From Squalus acanthias (taxonomy: Eukaryota), in NCBI GenBank assembly GCA_030390025.1, contig CM059432.1:94490001-94554000 (forward strand): a DNA stretch of 64,000 nt, written 5' to 3'. Both the position numbers and the translations under genes were made by a program. Under the pieces are notes generated by a model. That model worked only from the letters and a program-made list of their open reading frames with translations, was not told where the DNA came from and made no database searches. This document shows, piece by piece, positions 38,825 through 51,440 of this stretch; the stretch's first letter is position 1, and every line of letters starts with the position of its first letter.

Positions 38825-39568
38825 GGGCCGAAAATTGATCCCGGGACGCGAGAGTACGCACTGCATACTCTCGCGTATTCCCACTCCAATTGCCGGTTTT
38901 CTGCATGCCCTGCGCATGCGCTGAAAACCGGCAATTGCTCTTCCGAAAAGGGGGCGGGGCCTGGGTGCATCGCGTGCGCGCTACAGGCTGCGCGCACGCT
39001 GTGCACTTCATGCTTTGGACGCGCAGGTAAGTAGGGAAGATTTTGGAAATGTAAAAAGGAGGAGTAAGACCCGCTTTTAAGAAGGTAAGTAGTGAATTAA
39101 GTATTTTTTTGAATTTTTTTTTACAGGTATATCTTTTTTATAGACTTTAAAGACAGGTAAGTTTATTTTTATAACTTTTTAAAAGATTTTAAATTTTTTC
39201 AAAAATTTAATTTTTTATTTAAAATGGTTAATTTAATTAACTATACTTATTTTATTAATGTGATGGTTTTTTTTTTAAATTTAATTGAGGTTTAGCTGTT
39301 ATTTTGGGGGGGTGTAAGATTCATAGATTTCACAGCCATGCTGTGAGACTTATGAATGGAAGATGGTGTGCTGCCATTGGCTCTAACTGAGTCACGTGAT
39401 CCCACAGCTCGCACGAATTAACTACGCCGCTGGGATACGCAAGCCCAGCACAGCTGATGTCTGGAACATCAAGTTCGTGCGAGCTGGATCAGAAAAAGCA
39501 TAAGCGAGGTGAGACCACGCGGGGAAGGCTTACCCCCGCGGGAACAGAGCGAGATCAATTTCTGGGCC
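38825..39568. mobile_element. Harbinger-type MITE, family C
   Basis: TIRs GGGCCGAAAATTGATC...GATCAATTTCTGGGCC. Homologous to 14956-15701. TSD not clean. Confidence 0.85.
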
Positions 39569-39814
39569 AAGAATTAGGAGCAGGAGGAGGCCATATGGCC
39601 CCTTGAGCCTGCTCTGCCATTCAATAAGATCATGTCTGATCTTCGACCTCAACTCCACTTTCCTGCCTGATCCACATATCCCTTGATTCCCCAAGGGTCC
39701 AAAAATCTATCGATCTCAGCCTTGAATATACTCAACGACTCAGCATCCACAGGTAGAGAATTCCAAAGATTTACAACCCTCCGAGTGAAGAAATTCCTCC
39801 TCATCTCAGTCCTA

Positions 39815-40286
39815 GCGTCTAGTGTCAGCTGTGGCTCAGTTGGCAGCACACTCGCCTCAGAGTCAGAAGGTTGTGGGTTCAAGTCTCATTCCAGGAACTT
39901 GAGCACATAAAGCTAGGCTGACACTCCAGTGCAGGGCTGAGGGAGTGCTGCACTGTCCAAGGTGCCGTCTTTCAAATGAGATGTTAAACTGAAGCCTCGT
40001 CTGCTCTCTCAGGTGAACGTAAAAGGTCCCATGGTACTATTTTGAAGAAGAGCAGGGGAGTTATCCCTGGTGTCCTGGCCAATATTTATCCCTCAACCAA
40101 CATAACAATAACAGATTATCTGGTCATTATCACATTGCTGTTTGTGGGATCTTGCTGTGTGCAAAATGGCTGTCGCGTTTCCTACATTACAACAGTGACT
40201 CTGCTTCATTGGCTGTAAAACGCTTTGAGACGTCCGGCGGTCATGCAAGGCGCTATGTGAATGCAAGACTTTCTTTTCTTTCTTTC
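39815..40286 (+). mobile_element. Full-length Deu-domain SINE
   Basis: A box TGGCTCAGTTGG, B box GGTTCAAGTC, Deu core and (CTTT)n tail. Confidence 0.9.
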
Positions 40287-40898
40287 TAAATGGCTGACAG
40301 CGTATCCTGAGAATATGCCCCTAGTTCTAGACTCTGCAGCCAGGGGAAACAGCCTCTCAGCATCTACCTGTCAAGCCCTCTCAGAATCTTATGTTGCAAT
40401 GAGATCGCCTCTCATTCTTCTAAACTCCAGAGAGTATAGGCCCATTCTACTCAATCTGTCCTTAAAGGACAACCCTCTCATCCCAGTAATCAATCTAGTG
40501 AACCTTCATTGCACCCCCTCTAAGGCAAGTATATCCTTCTTTAGGTACAGAGAGCACAACTGTACACAGTACTCCAGGTGTGGTCTCACCAGAGCTCAGT
40601 ACAACTGTAGCAAGACTTCCTTACTCTTGTACTCCAACCCCCTTGCAATAAAGGCCAACATGCCATTTGCCTTTGTAACTACTTGCTGGACCTGCATGTT
40701 AACTCTCTGTGTTTCGTGTACAAGGACACCCAAATCCCTCTGAACAGCAACATTTCATAGCTTCTCATCATTTCAAAATATTCTGTTTTTCTATTCATCC
40801 TACCAAAGTAAATAAACTCACATTTCCCCACATTATACTCCATCTGCCACCTTATTGCCCACTCACTTAACCTGTCCATATCCCTTTGCAGACTCTTT

Positions 40899-41531
40899 GG
40901 GGGCTAAATTCAGTTGATTTGCGCCTCCCGTTAGAGCCCTAAGAGGGCGCAAATCAACTAACACCTGGACACGGCGCCGCTAACGCCTCCTGTGAAATTC
41001 AGCCCCGCTCGCGCCCCGGCTGTAATATTGGGTGGCGCTCCCTGACTTACCGCTGGACGCTATGTCCGCCAGGGTCAGGGGGGCCTACCTGCGGCAGGGG
41101 CGGCGCTAGTTAAAGGGGAGGTGGCGGGCGGCCATTTTTGTTGCTGGCCGCCTGCCAGCACCTGCCCCCGTTGCTGTCCCCGGCCCCGATGAAGCCCCCC
41201 CGCGGGGTGCCGGCTGCTTTCCGTGAGCCCGGCACTCCTCTTAAGTGCCGGGCTCATTTGCCGGCACTCCCAATCCCTGGTGGCCCAGCTTTAATAAGGC
41301 GAGGAAGGCCTGCAGTACCGCGGCGCGATGTGCCTTAGCGCCATGTAGCGCGGCGATATTGGCTCGCAGTGCCCCAAGAGGGACACGGGGCGCTTCCAGT
41401 AGCGCCCCTCCTCCCTCTCGGGGCGCTACCTGGGAAAATCGGCCGCGGGGGCACTAACTTTTTCAGGGCACTAAAATTAGCGCCCCGGCGAAGGTAGCAC
41501 CCCAAAGGGGCCGCGACCCAATTTTTACCCC
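40899..41531. mobile_element. GC-rich Harbinger-type MITE, family B
   Basis: TIRs GGGGGCTAAATTC...CAATTTTTACCCC and TSD TTT. Confidence 0.9.
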
Positions 41532-42808
41532 TTTGTCTCCTCCTCACAGCTTACTTTCCCATCTAGCTTTGTATTGTCAGCAAACTTGGATACATTACAC
41601 TCGGCCCCTTCATCTAAGTCATTAATATAGATTGTAAATAGCTGAGGCCCCAGCACTGATCCTTGCGGCACCCCACTAGTAACAGCCCATCAGCCTGAAA
41701 ATGAGCCGTTTATTCCTACTCTCTGTTTTCTGTCCTTTAACCAATCCTTTATCCATGCTAATATATTACCCCCAACCCCATGAGCCCATCAGTACTTAAC
41801 AAGAGATTAGTAAAGTGAAACTTTAAAGTTAATTTTAACCAGACGACACCAGAGCATTTTACATTGCTACAACCAATTTTGACTTTAATGTTCAATTGTG
41901 GTTGATCTTCTAATTGGGCCCACAACTGCAAATAATAGCTGAAACAACTATGTATTAATGGTGTGGGTTGCAGTAAGTGCTATTAAGTGCATACAGCTTT
42001 TTTGTTTCACTATTGATGGCATTTTTTGTTAATGCTTATGACGATTATTAAATGTGTCAATTAATTTGCAAAATTTTACTATCCGAGGTCGTGCCAATTT
42101 GACCTGAAATTGCTTTTGCCTTTTGAACATTTTGTGTAAAATAATTGAAAGGTTGATGATTAAAATGCTACATGGGCCTCAAAAGCATGCTTACAAAAGC
42201 TGTATTTTCTATTCCATCTAATTAGGCCAGCTGAACTGCTGTCATTTATAACTTATGTGTAGTAATGTGTAGTTTAGATCTTGAGTTCTGTACTTTGATT
42301 ATTGAATTGTGATTCCAATTTTAATGTTTAATAATACAAACACATATGTCAGGCCAGGTGTTAAAACTTGCTCCCGTAATGACAGCAGACGATACTACCT
42401 GTGACTGCTCAACGCCGAGTGTTGGGATGCTGTTCAATAAACTGGCCACCTCCAGAAATTGCCAACGGTTTTGGGTGGCTGAGCACCTGGAGGAGGATAG
42501 TGATGGAGGAATTGCCATCAAAAGGCAAATGAGCTGATCCTTGAATTAGCCAATGGCACCCCAAGCTACAAGCCATGACACAGCTGCAGTACAGAACAAG
42601 TCAATGTTCCCCCTGTGATGCTGTTCCAGAAGTGTACATAATAATCAAGGTGGGGGAGAATCAATGCTTTATACAAATTAACTATCATATTCTAGGACCT
42701 GCACTCTAGAACCTATAAAGTAATCTCCTATGTGGAGCTGCATCAAAAGCTTTGCTAAATTCTAGGTATATTAAACCTGCCAAGTTCCCTTGCCAACTAA
42801 CTCCATTA

Positions 42809-43912
42809 TCATAGAATCATAGTATGATATAGCACAGAAGGAGGCCATTCAGCCCATTGTGACTGTTCCAGCTCTTTGAAAGAGCTATCCAATCATCCCC
42901 ACTCCCCTGCTCTTTCCCCATAATCCTGTGAATTGTTTCCTTTCAAGTATTTATCCAAATCCGTTTTGAAAGTTACTACTGAATCTGCTTCCACCACCCT
43001 TCCAGACAGTGCATTCCAGATCACAACAACTCATAAAAAATGTTTCCTCACGTCACCTCTGGTTCTTTTGCCAATCACCTTAAATCTGTGTCCTCCGGTT
43101 ACCAGCCCTTCTGCCACTGGAAACAGTTTCTCTTATTTACTCTATCAAAACCGTTCATGATTTTGAACACCTCTGTTGAATCTCCTCTTAACCTTCTCTG
43201 CTCTAAGGAGAACAACCCCAGCTTTGCCAGTCTCTCCATATGACTGTAGTCCCTCATCCATGGTACCAATCTAATAAATCTCTTCTGCACCCTCTCTAAG
43301 GCATTGATATCTTTCCGAAAGTGTGGTAGCCAAAATGGAACACAATACTCCAGCTGAGGCCTAACCAGTGTTTGATAAAGGTTTAGCATAACTTCCTTGC
43401 TTTTGTATTCCCTGCCTCTATTAATAAAGCCAAGAATCCCATATGCTTAATTTTAAACAGCCTTCTCAACTTGTCCTGCCACTTTACGAGACTTGTGTAC
43501 GTACACCCCCAAGTCTCTCTGTTCCTGCACCCACTTATATTGCCTCTTATTCTTCCTACCAATATGTATCACTTCTCTGCGTTAAATTTAATCTGCCATG
43601 TGTCTGCCTTTTTTACCAGTCTGTCTTTTCCCTCCTGAAATCTGTTGCTATCCTCCACATTGTTTACTACATTTCTAAGTTTCGTGCCATCTGCAAACTT
43701 TTAAATTATTCCCTGTATACCCAAGTCCAGGTCATTAATATACATCAAAAAGAGCAGTGGTCTTAATACTGACCTCTGGGGTAAACCACTGTATACTTCA
43801 CTCCAGTCTGAAAAACAACCGTTCACCACTACTCTCTATTTTCTGTCCCTTAGCCAATTTGGCACCCACGCTGCCACTGTCTCTCTAATCCCATGGGCTT
43901 TAATTTTGTTAA
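42809..43912 (-). mobile_element. CR1 3' fragment
   Basis: Reverse tail CATAGAATCATAG and peptide LVRPQLEYCVPFW. Confidence 0.9.
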
Positions 43913-46093
43913 CTATAAAGAATGTCAGTAGATGTATTAGACCTACCATCTGTAAAGTCATGTAACTCTGGGAAGGTAGCAGAAAAAAGGCCCCAGAAAG
44001 AGGGACAGACCTCTGCATGGGAAGTTGGTGCAAGGAATTCTAAAGTACAATGAGCTTGTTGCATGACTTTTAAGCTTTATGTAATTTTTAATCTATTTTA
44101 TTATGTTACAAATTTAATTGTTAGCTGTATAAATTGCAATGGGTCAGAAAGCAACATGCTGTTGAAACAACTTTGATTTTTTCCAGGGCTTTAGCATTGT
44201 TGAAGGGGGGGGGTGCGGAATGCTTGCAAACAGCAAGACCTGCCATGCTCTGTGAGTGCCCAGTTTCGCTGTCAGTCATTAAAATAAATCTTAGTATATT
44301 ACGTGCCGCATCAAACTTTAAAATGTGATGTTCGTTACATTAAGTAAGGAGGCAACAATAATTGCATCCTGGGATTTGTTAGTATAAGATTGACTGCAGA
44401 GACACTGCAGAGACTCTGCAGACTGCAGAGACACTGATATGTTCTGGCAGTTTTGCCCAGAGTACTGACGCAGACTCACAGTGGTGCATTGAGGGAGATG
44501 CATTCGCTACCTGGTTAAGCCTCTTACAATGACGTTCTTTCAGTTTCCCACCGTAACTCTGGCACAAGACTGGCAGAACTCCCAGGGAAACAGCACAAAT
44601 GGTCATTTAAAGTTAATTATGCCAATTCTTTGTGGGTGGGGTTCTTCAATTCTCTCGCCAAGATATGGCAGGAGACCGGGAGAACCTCCATGCAATTTCA
44701 GGACTAGAGTGAAATTTAGGAAGCCCCATAAATTTGAGGCCCAGGCTTTTCACAAAGGAACGTTATTTTCAGTATGGAGTACGCAATTTAGTAAAAAAGC
44801 AAGATGGTGGTCGAAAGGATTTTTAAGAAGTATTTGAACTGATTAATTTGGTTTCTTCTTTTGCTACTGCTATGGGTATATGTTTGCTCATATTGGTATT
44901 TGTTTTATGATTGTCCATTTTTGATTAGTAGCTTTTTAACTTGGTGTTTTTGTTCCCACTTGTGAACTGGTATGTTTTGACTTTTTCAGTCCTGACTTCT
45001 TGGCCCCTATATTTACGGGAAGGTGGGAAGGGAGCGTGGGTGGGGGCGGGGAGGAGTTCTGGATGGGAAACCCGGAAGTATGGGTTTTCCGGGCGCCCTG
45101 CTGAAATTAACAGCAGGACGTATTTAAAATTTATCAGCAAGTTTCCCGCCCGACAGCCAGCCTGATTGACAGGGAGCCTGGGAAAGCCTGTGGCACAAGG
45201 CCACAGCCAGGGGGCAGGGAAGAAGAAGGAAGAGAGGGAGAGATTGTGGGGAGGGAGAGATCGTGGGGAGGGAGAGGTCGCAGGGAGAGAGTGATCGGGG
45301 GTGATGGGGGGGGAGGGGGAGAGGGTGGAGGTCAGGAGGAAGTTGTAGATTGCGGGGGAGGGGGTAATTTAAAAAAAAAATTGTTCCTGGGATGTGGGCG
45401 TCACTGGCAAGGCCAGCATTTATTGCCCATCCCTAATTGCCCTTGCGAAGGTGGTGGTGAGTCGCCTTCTTGAACCGCTGCAGTCCTTGTGGTGAAGGTA
45501 CTCCCACAATGCTGTTAGGAAGGGAGTTCCAGAATTTTGACCCAGCAACGATGAAGGATCGGCGATATATTTCCAAGTCAGGATGGTGTGTGACTTGGAG
45601 GGGAACTTGGAGGTGATGGTGTTCCCATGCACCTGCTGCCTTTGTCCATCTAGGTGGTAGAGGTCAGGGGTTTGGGAGGTGCTGTCAAAGAAGCCTTGGC
45701 GAGTTGCTACAGTGCATCTTGTAGATGGTACACACTGCAGCCACGGTGCGCCGGTGGTGGAGGGAGTGAATGTTTAAGGTGGTGGATGGGGTGCCAATCA
45801 AGCAGTCTGCTTTGTCCTGGATGGTGTCAAGCTTCTTGAGTGTTGTTGGAGCTGCACTCATCCAGGCAAGTGGGGAGTATTCCATCACACTCCTGACTTG
45901 TGCCTTGTAGATGGTGAAAAGGCTTTGTGGAGTCAGGAGGTGAGACACTCGCCGCAGAATATCCAGCCTCTGACCTGCACTTGTAGCCACAGTATTTCTG
46001 TGGCTGGTCCAGTTAAGTTTCTGGTCAATGGTGATCCCTCAGGATGTTGATGTTGAGAGATCCGGTGATGGTAATGCCGTTGAATGTCAAGGG

Positions 46094-49000
46094 TGCTGTG
46101 AGTTGGGTGAGTCAGGTAGTTAAGTGAGGAGTGGAAGGAGGATCTCCCTTGCTTCGCCTTTGTTTTTCCTAACTTTTCACCCTGTAGGAAGAGGCCGGTG
46201 TCGGGAGCAGCAGGAGAGTACAGTGAGTATTTAAACTCACTTTCGCGGGTTTTTTCAGAGGCTTACCAATCTCACAGACCAGCAGTGGTGTTCCAGAGTC
46301 ACGTCACGATTCAAAGTGACACAGCCAAGAGGAAGCAGCTGATTGGGTGAGTACGGCCAGGTGAGTATTTATACTAATCTATAGTTTGACAGTTAAGGTT
46401 AATAGTTTATAAAGTTTAGAAGGTCTTAATTTTTGTGGTTATAATTTCTAAGGTCTCTGTTGTGTAGCGGGGAGTGCTAGTAAACAAGGGCTCGAGTATA
46501 TCATTTAATTGTAGTGTAATTAGTGGAATTGATTTAATTTAATTTGAATTAATTAAAGGGTAAGTCATGGCAGCACAGCTCGGCCCAGTGGCATGCTCAT
46601 CCTGCACTATGTGGGAAATCAGGGACACTTCCTGTGTCCCTGACGACCATGTGTGCGGGAAGTGTATCCAGCTGCAGCTACTGGCAGACCGCATTGCGGT
46701 GCTGGAGCTGTGAATGGATACATACTGGAGCATTCGCGATGCTGAGGACGTCGTGGATAGAACGTTTGATCAGTTGGTCACACCGCAGGTAAAGGCTGCA
46801 CAGGCAGGAAGGGAATGGGTGACCGCCAGGCAGAGTAGTAGGCGCAAGCAGATAGTGCAGGGGTCCCCTGTGGTCATCCTCCTCTCAAACAGATATACCG
46901 CTTTGGATATTGTTGGGGGAGATGGCTTATCGGGGGAAGGCAGCAGCGGCCAACTTCTTGGCACCATGGGTGGTTCTGCTGCACATGACGGGAGGAAAAA
47001 GAGCGGGAGAGCTATAGTGATAGGGGATTCCATTGTAAGGGGAATAAATAGGCGTTTCTGCGGCCGCAAACGAGACTCCAGGATGGTATGTTGCCTCCCT
47101 GGTGCAAGGGTCAAGGATGTCTCGGAGCGGCTGCAGGGCATTCTGGAGGGGGAGGGTGAACAGCCAGTTGTAGTGGTGCATGTAGGTACCAACGATATAG
47201 GTAAAAACCGGGATGAGGTCCTAAAAGCTGAATATAGGGAGTTAGGAGGTAAATTAAAAAATAGGACCTAAAAGGTAGTAATCTCAGGATTGCTACCAGT
47301 GCCACGTGCTAGTCAGAGTAGAAATAGAAGGATATTTCAGATGAATACGTGGCTAGAGGAATGGTACAAGGGGGAGGGATTCAAATTCCTGGGACATTGG
47401 AACCGGTTCTGGGGGAGGTGGGACGAGTACAAACTGGGCGGTTTGCACCTGGGCAGGACGGGACTGATGTCCCAGGGGGAGTGTTTGCTAGTGCTGTTGG
47501 GGAGGGTTTAAACTAAAATGGCAGGGGGTTGGGAACCTGTGCAGGGAGACAGAGGAAAGGGAAGCAAGGATAGAAGCAAAAGACAGGAAGGAGATAAGCA
47601 AAAGTGGCAGTCAGAGAAATCAAGGGTGTAAATCAAACATGGCCACAGTAAATAATAATTCTAAAAGGTCTAAGAGTGTTAAAAAAAAAGCCTGAGGCTT
47701 TGTGTCTTAATGCGAGGAGCATTCGTAATAAGGTGGATGATTTAGCTGCGCAAATAGATGTAAACGGATATGATATCATTGGGATTACGGAGACATGGCT
47801 CCAGGGTGACCAAGGCTGGGAATTCAACATTCAGGAAAGACAGGCAAAAAGGAAAAGGAGCTTGGGTAGCATTGCTGGTTAAAGAGGAGATTAACACAAT
47901 AGTAAGGAAGGATATTAGCTCTGATGATTTGGAACCTGTATGGGTAGAGCTGAGAAATACCAAGGGGCAGAAAACGTTAGTGGGAGTTGTATACAGACTC
48001 CCAAACAGTAATGCTGAGGTTGGAGATGGCATTAAACGGGAAATTAGAGACACGTGCAATAAGGGCACAGCAGTTATCATGGGTGACTTTAATCTACATA
48101 TAGATTGGGCTAACCAAATTAGTAACAATACTGTGGAGGAGGAATTCCTAGAGTGTATACGGGATGGTTTCCTGGACCAATATGTCAAGAAAACAACTAG
48201 AGATCAGGCCATCTTAGACTGGGTATTATGTAATGAGAAAGGATTAATTAGCAACCCCTTGGGGAGGAGCGATCATAATATGATAGAATTCTTCATTAAG
48301 ATGGAGAGTGAAGTAGTTGACTCAGAGACTAGGGTCCTGAATTTAAATAAAGGAAACTACGATGGTATGAGGCGCAAGTTGGCTAGGATGGATTGGGGAA
48401 CGTTACTTAAAGGGTTGACGGTGGATAGGCAATGGCAAACATTTAAAGATTGCATGGATGAACTACAGAATTTGTTCATCCCTGTTTGGCATAAAAATAA
48501 AACAAATAAGGTGACTCAACTGTGGCTAACAAGGGAAATTAGGGATAGCATAAGTTCCAAGGAGAGGACATAAAAAGTGGCCAGAAAAAGCAGAAAACCT
48601 AAGGATTGGGAGCTGTTTAGGATTCAGCAAAGGAGGACAAAGGGATTAATTAAGAGGGGGAAAATAGAGTATGAGAGTAAGCTTGCAGGGAACATAAAAA
48701 CTGACTGTAAAAGCTTCTAGAGATATGTGAAGAGAAAAAGATTGGTGAAGTCAAGCGTAGGTCCCTTGCAGTCAGAATCAGGGGGATTTATAATGGGGAA
48801 CAAAGAAATGGCTGACCAATTAAATACATACTTTGGTTCTGTCTTCACAAATAAGGACACAAATAACCTCCCAGAGATGTCGGGGAACATAGGATCTAAT
48901 GAGAGGGAGGAACTGAATGAAATCAGTATTTGTAGGGAAATGGTGTTAGAGAAATTGATGGGATTGAAGGCCGATAAATCCCCAGGGCCTGATAATCTAC

Positions 49001-51440
49001 ATCCTAGGGTACTTATGGAAGTGGCCTTAGAAATAGTAGATGCATTGCTGGTCATCTTCCAAAATTCTATAGACATGGATTGGAGGGTAGCTAATGTAAC
49101 CCCACTATTTAAAAAAGGTGGTAGAGAGAAAACGGGGAATTATAGACCGGTAAGCCTGACATCGGTGGTGGGGAAAATGCTAGAGTCCATTATAAAAGAT
49201 GTAATAGCAGAGCACTTGGAAAACAGTGACAGGATTGGACAAAGTCAACATGGATTTACAAAAGGTAAGTCATGCTTGACTAATCTACTGGAATTTTTTG
49301 AGGATGTAACTGGTAGAATAGATAAGGGAGAACCAGTGGATGTGGTGTATTTGGACTTTCAGAAGGCTTTCGATAAGGTCCCGCATAAGAGATTAGCGTG
49401 CAAAGTTAAAGCACATGGGATTGGGGGTAAGGTACTGACTTGGATAGAGAACTGGTTGGCAGACAGGAAGCAAAGGGGGAAAAATTAGGTCGCGCCCCAT
49501 TTGGGGCGCAAATATCGTCTGGACGCAAATATTAGCGCCTGGCGCTAATTATCGGCACTGACTGGAAACTTCACTTTTACCGCCCCGGGAGGTGAGTGGA
49601 GCGCTAAATCAGGCGCTGCACACCTGTCTTAAGGCGCAAAGGCCAAGGAGTGAGGCGCTAACTCAGAGCGCTGGCGAAGCTCATGTAATGTCAGTCAGCA
49701 ATGGAACACACACACAATGGCACGGGCCAGTTCTTAAAGGGGATGGTTAATCTTGCTTTCCATCCACATCCTGTTCATTGCAGCCTTGAATCTCGGCCTG
49801 GAGAGACTTGCACATCAAATGTGCTGGAAAGAACAATGGAGAGTACCAGGCAAAGAGCTCAGAGTGCAGCTCCCACAGTCTTTGCGAAATCGATACAAGG
49901 AATGGCAAATCAAAATGAACCTGCAAAGTGCTGCTCAGTACCCAAAACTCCTTCACACAATGTTGAATCTCTCCAGAAGTCTCTCCCTCTCTCTCTCAGA
50001 ATGCGTAGTTCAAAAATGCCACCAACAATAAAAGACAGGAAGAGGCCCCCTTTAAATAGCGCCCCCCCCCAGCCCCACAGCGATTGATAGCGTTCCAGTC
50101 TTCTGGTCGTTGGATGCGCCAGGCGGTAAGGCAGGGGGCGCCACTCAATTTCCGCTCCGGGGCGCCACAAGGGCGTTGCACCATGGAATGACGTCACAAT
50201 CTGCGCGCGCAGGTGGTCGCAGCGGTAAAGTTTAGCGCCGGGCACAATCTCTAGTTAAGTTCCCGAGCGGCGCAAACATCGCTGCGCCCGGGCGTTAGCG
50301 GCTTTGCGCCCCATTAGCGCCCTCTTAAGGCGCTAACGGGAGGCGCAACCAACTGAATTTTTACCCCAAAGAGTTGGAATAAACGGGTCTTTTTCCGAGT
50401 GGCAGGCAGTGACTAGTGGGGTACCGCAGGGATCGGTGCAAGGACCCCAGTTATTCACAATATATATTAATGATCTAGACGAGGGAACTAGATGTAATAT
50501 CTCCAAGTTTGCAGACGACACAAAGCTGGGTGGGCGTGTGTGCTGTGAGGAGGATGCAGAGAAACTCCAGTATGATTTGGACAGGTTGGGTGATTGGGCA
50601 GATGCATGGCAGATGCAGTATAATGTGGATAAATGCGAGGTTATCCACTTTGGTGGCAAAAACAGGAAGGCAGATTATTATCTGAACGGCAATAGATTGG
50701 GAAAAGGGGAAGTGCAACGAGACCTGGGTGTCCTTGTGCACCAGTCGCTGAAGGTAAGCATGCAGGTGCAGCAGGCGGTTAAGAAGGCAAATGGTATGTT
50801 GGCCTTCATAGCGAGAGGATTCGAGTACAGGAGCAAGGACGTCTTGCTGCAGTTGGACAGGGCTTTGGTGAGACCACACCTTGAGTATTGTGTGCAGTTT
50901 TGGTCGCCTTATCTGAGGAAGGATGTTCTTGCCATGGAGGGAGTGCAGCGAAGATTCACCAGACTGATACCTGGGATGGCAGGAATGACGTATGAAGAGA
51001 GATTGGGTCGATTGGGCTTGTATTCACTAGAGTTTAGAAGAATGAGAGGGGATCTCATTGAAACTTATAAAATTCTAACAGGACTAGACAGACTAGATGC
51101 AGGAAGGATGTTCCCGATGGCGGGGGAGTCCAGAACCAGGGGTCACAGTCTAAGGATAAGGGGTAGGCCATTTAGGACTGAGATGAGGAGGAATTTCCTC
51201 ACCCAGAGAGTGGTGAACCTGTGGAATTCTCTACCACAGAAGGCAGTTCAGGCCAATTCATTAAATATATTCAAGAAGGAGTTAGATATATTACTTAAGG
51301 CTAAAGGGATCAAGGGATATGGGGAGAAAGCAGGGACAGGGTACTGAATTTAGATGATGAGCCATGATCTCATTAAATGGTGGAACAGGCTCGAGGGGCC
51401 GAATGGCCTACTCCTGCTCCTATCTTCTATGTTTCTATGT
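46094..51440 (+). mobile_element. Near full-length CR1: 5'UTR, ORF1 (zinc finger, coiled coil, SGNH esterase), ORF2 (APE and RT); disabled
   Basis: ORF1 from ATG 46567 with CSSC..CGKC, IVIGDS and HVGTND. ORF2 has NARSI, ITETW, MGDFN, SDH and RT motifs. Contains stops and frameshifts. Confidence 0.95.
49475..50367. mobile_element. Harbinger-type non-autonomous element related to family B
   Basis: TIRs GGGGGAAAAATT...AATTTTTACCCC and TSD AAA. The empty site GAAGCAAAGAGTT is visible in sister CR1s at ~31867 and ~63952. Confidence 0.92.

Larger units (their letters stand above)
38812..41788 (-). mobile_element. CR1 3' half carrying two MITEs and a SINE
   Basis: Reverse CR1 tail split by MITE 38825-39568. 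RT segments continue around 39815-40286 and 40899-41531. Confidence 0.9.

Noticed and set aside
44393..44436. Short ACTGCAGAGAC-type repeat
   Set aside because: Small slippage minisatellite with no further structure.
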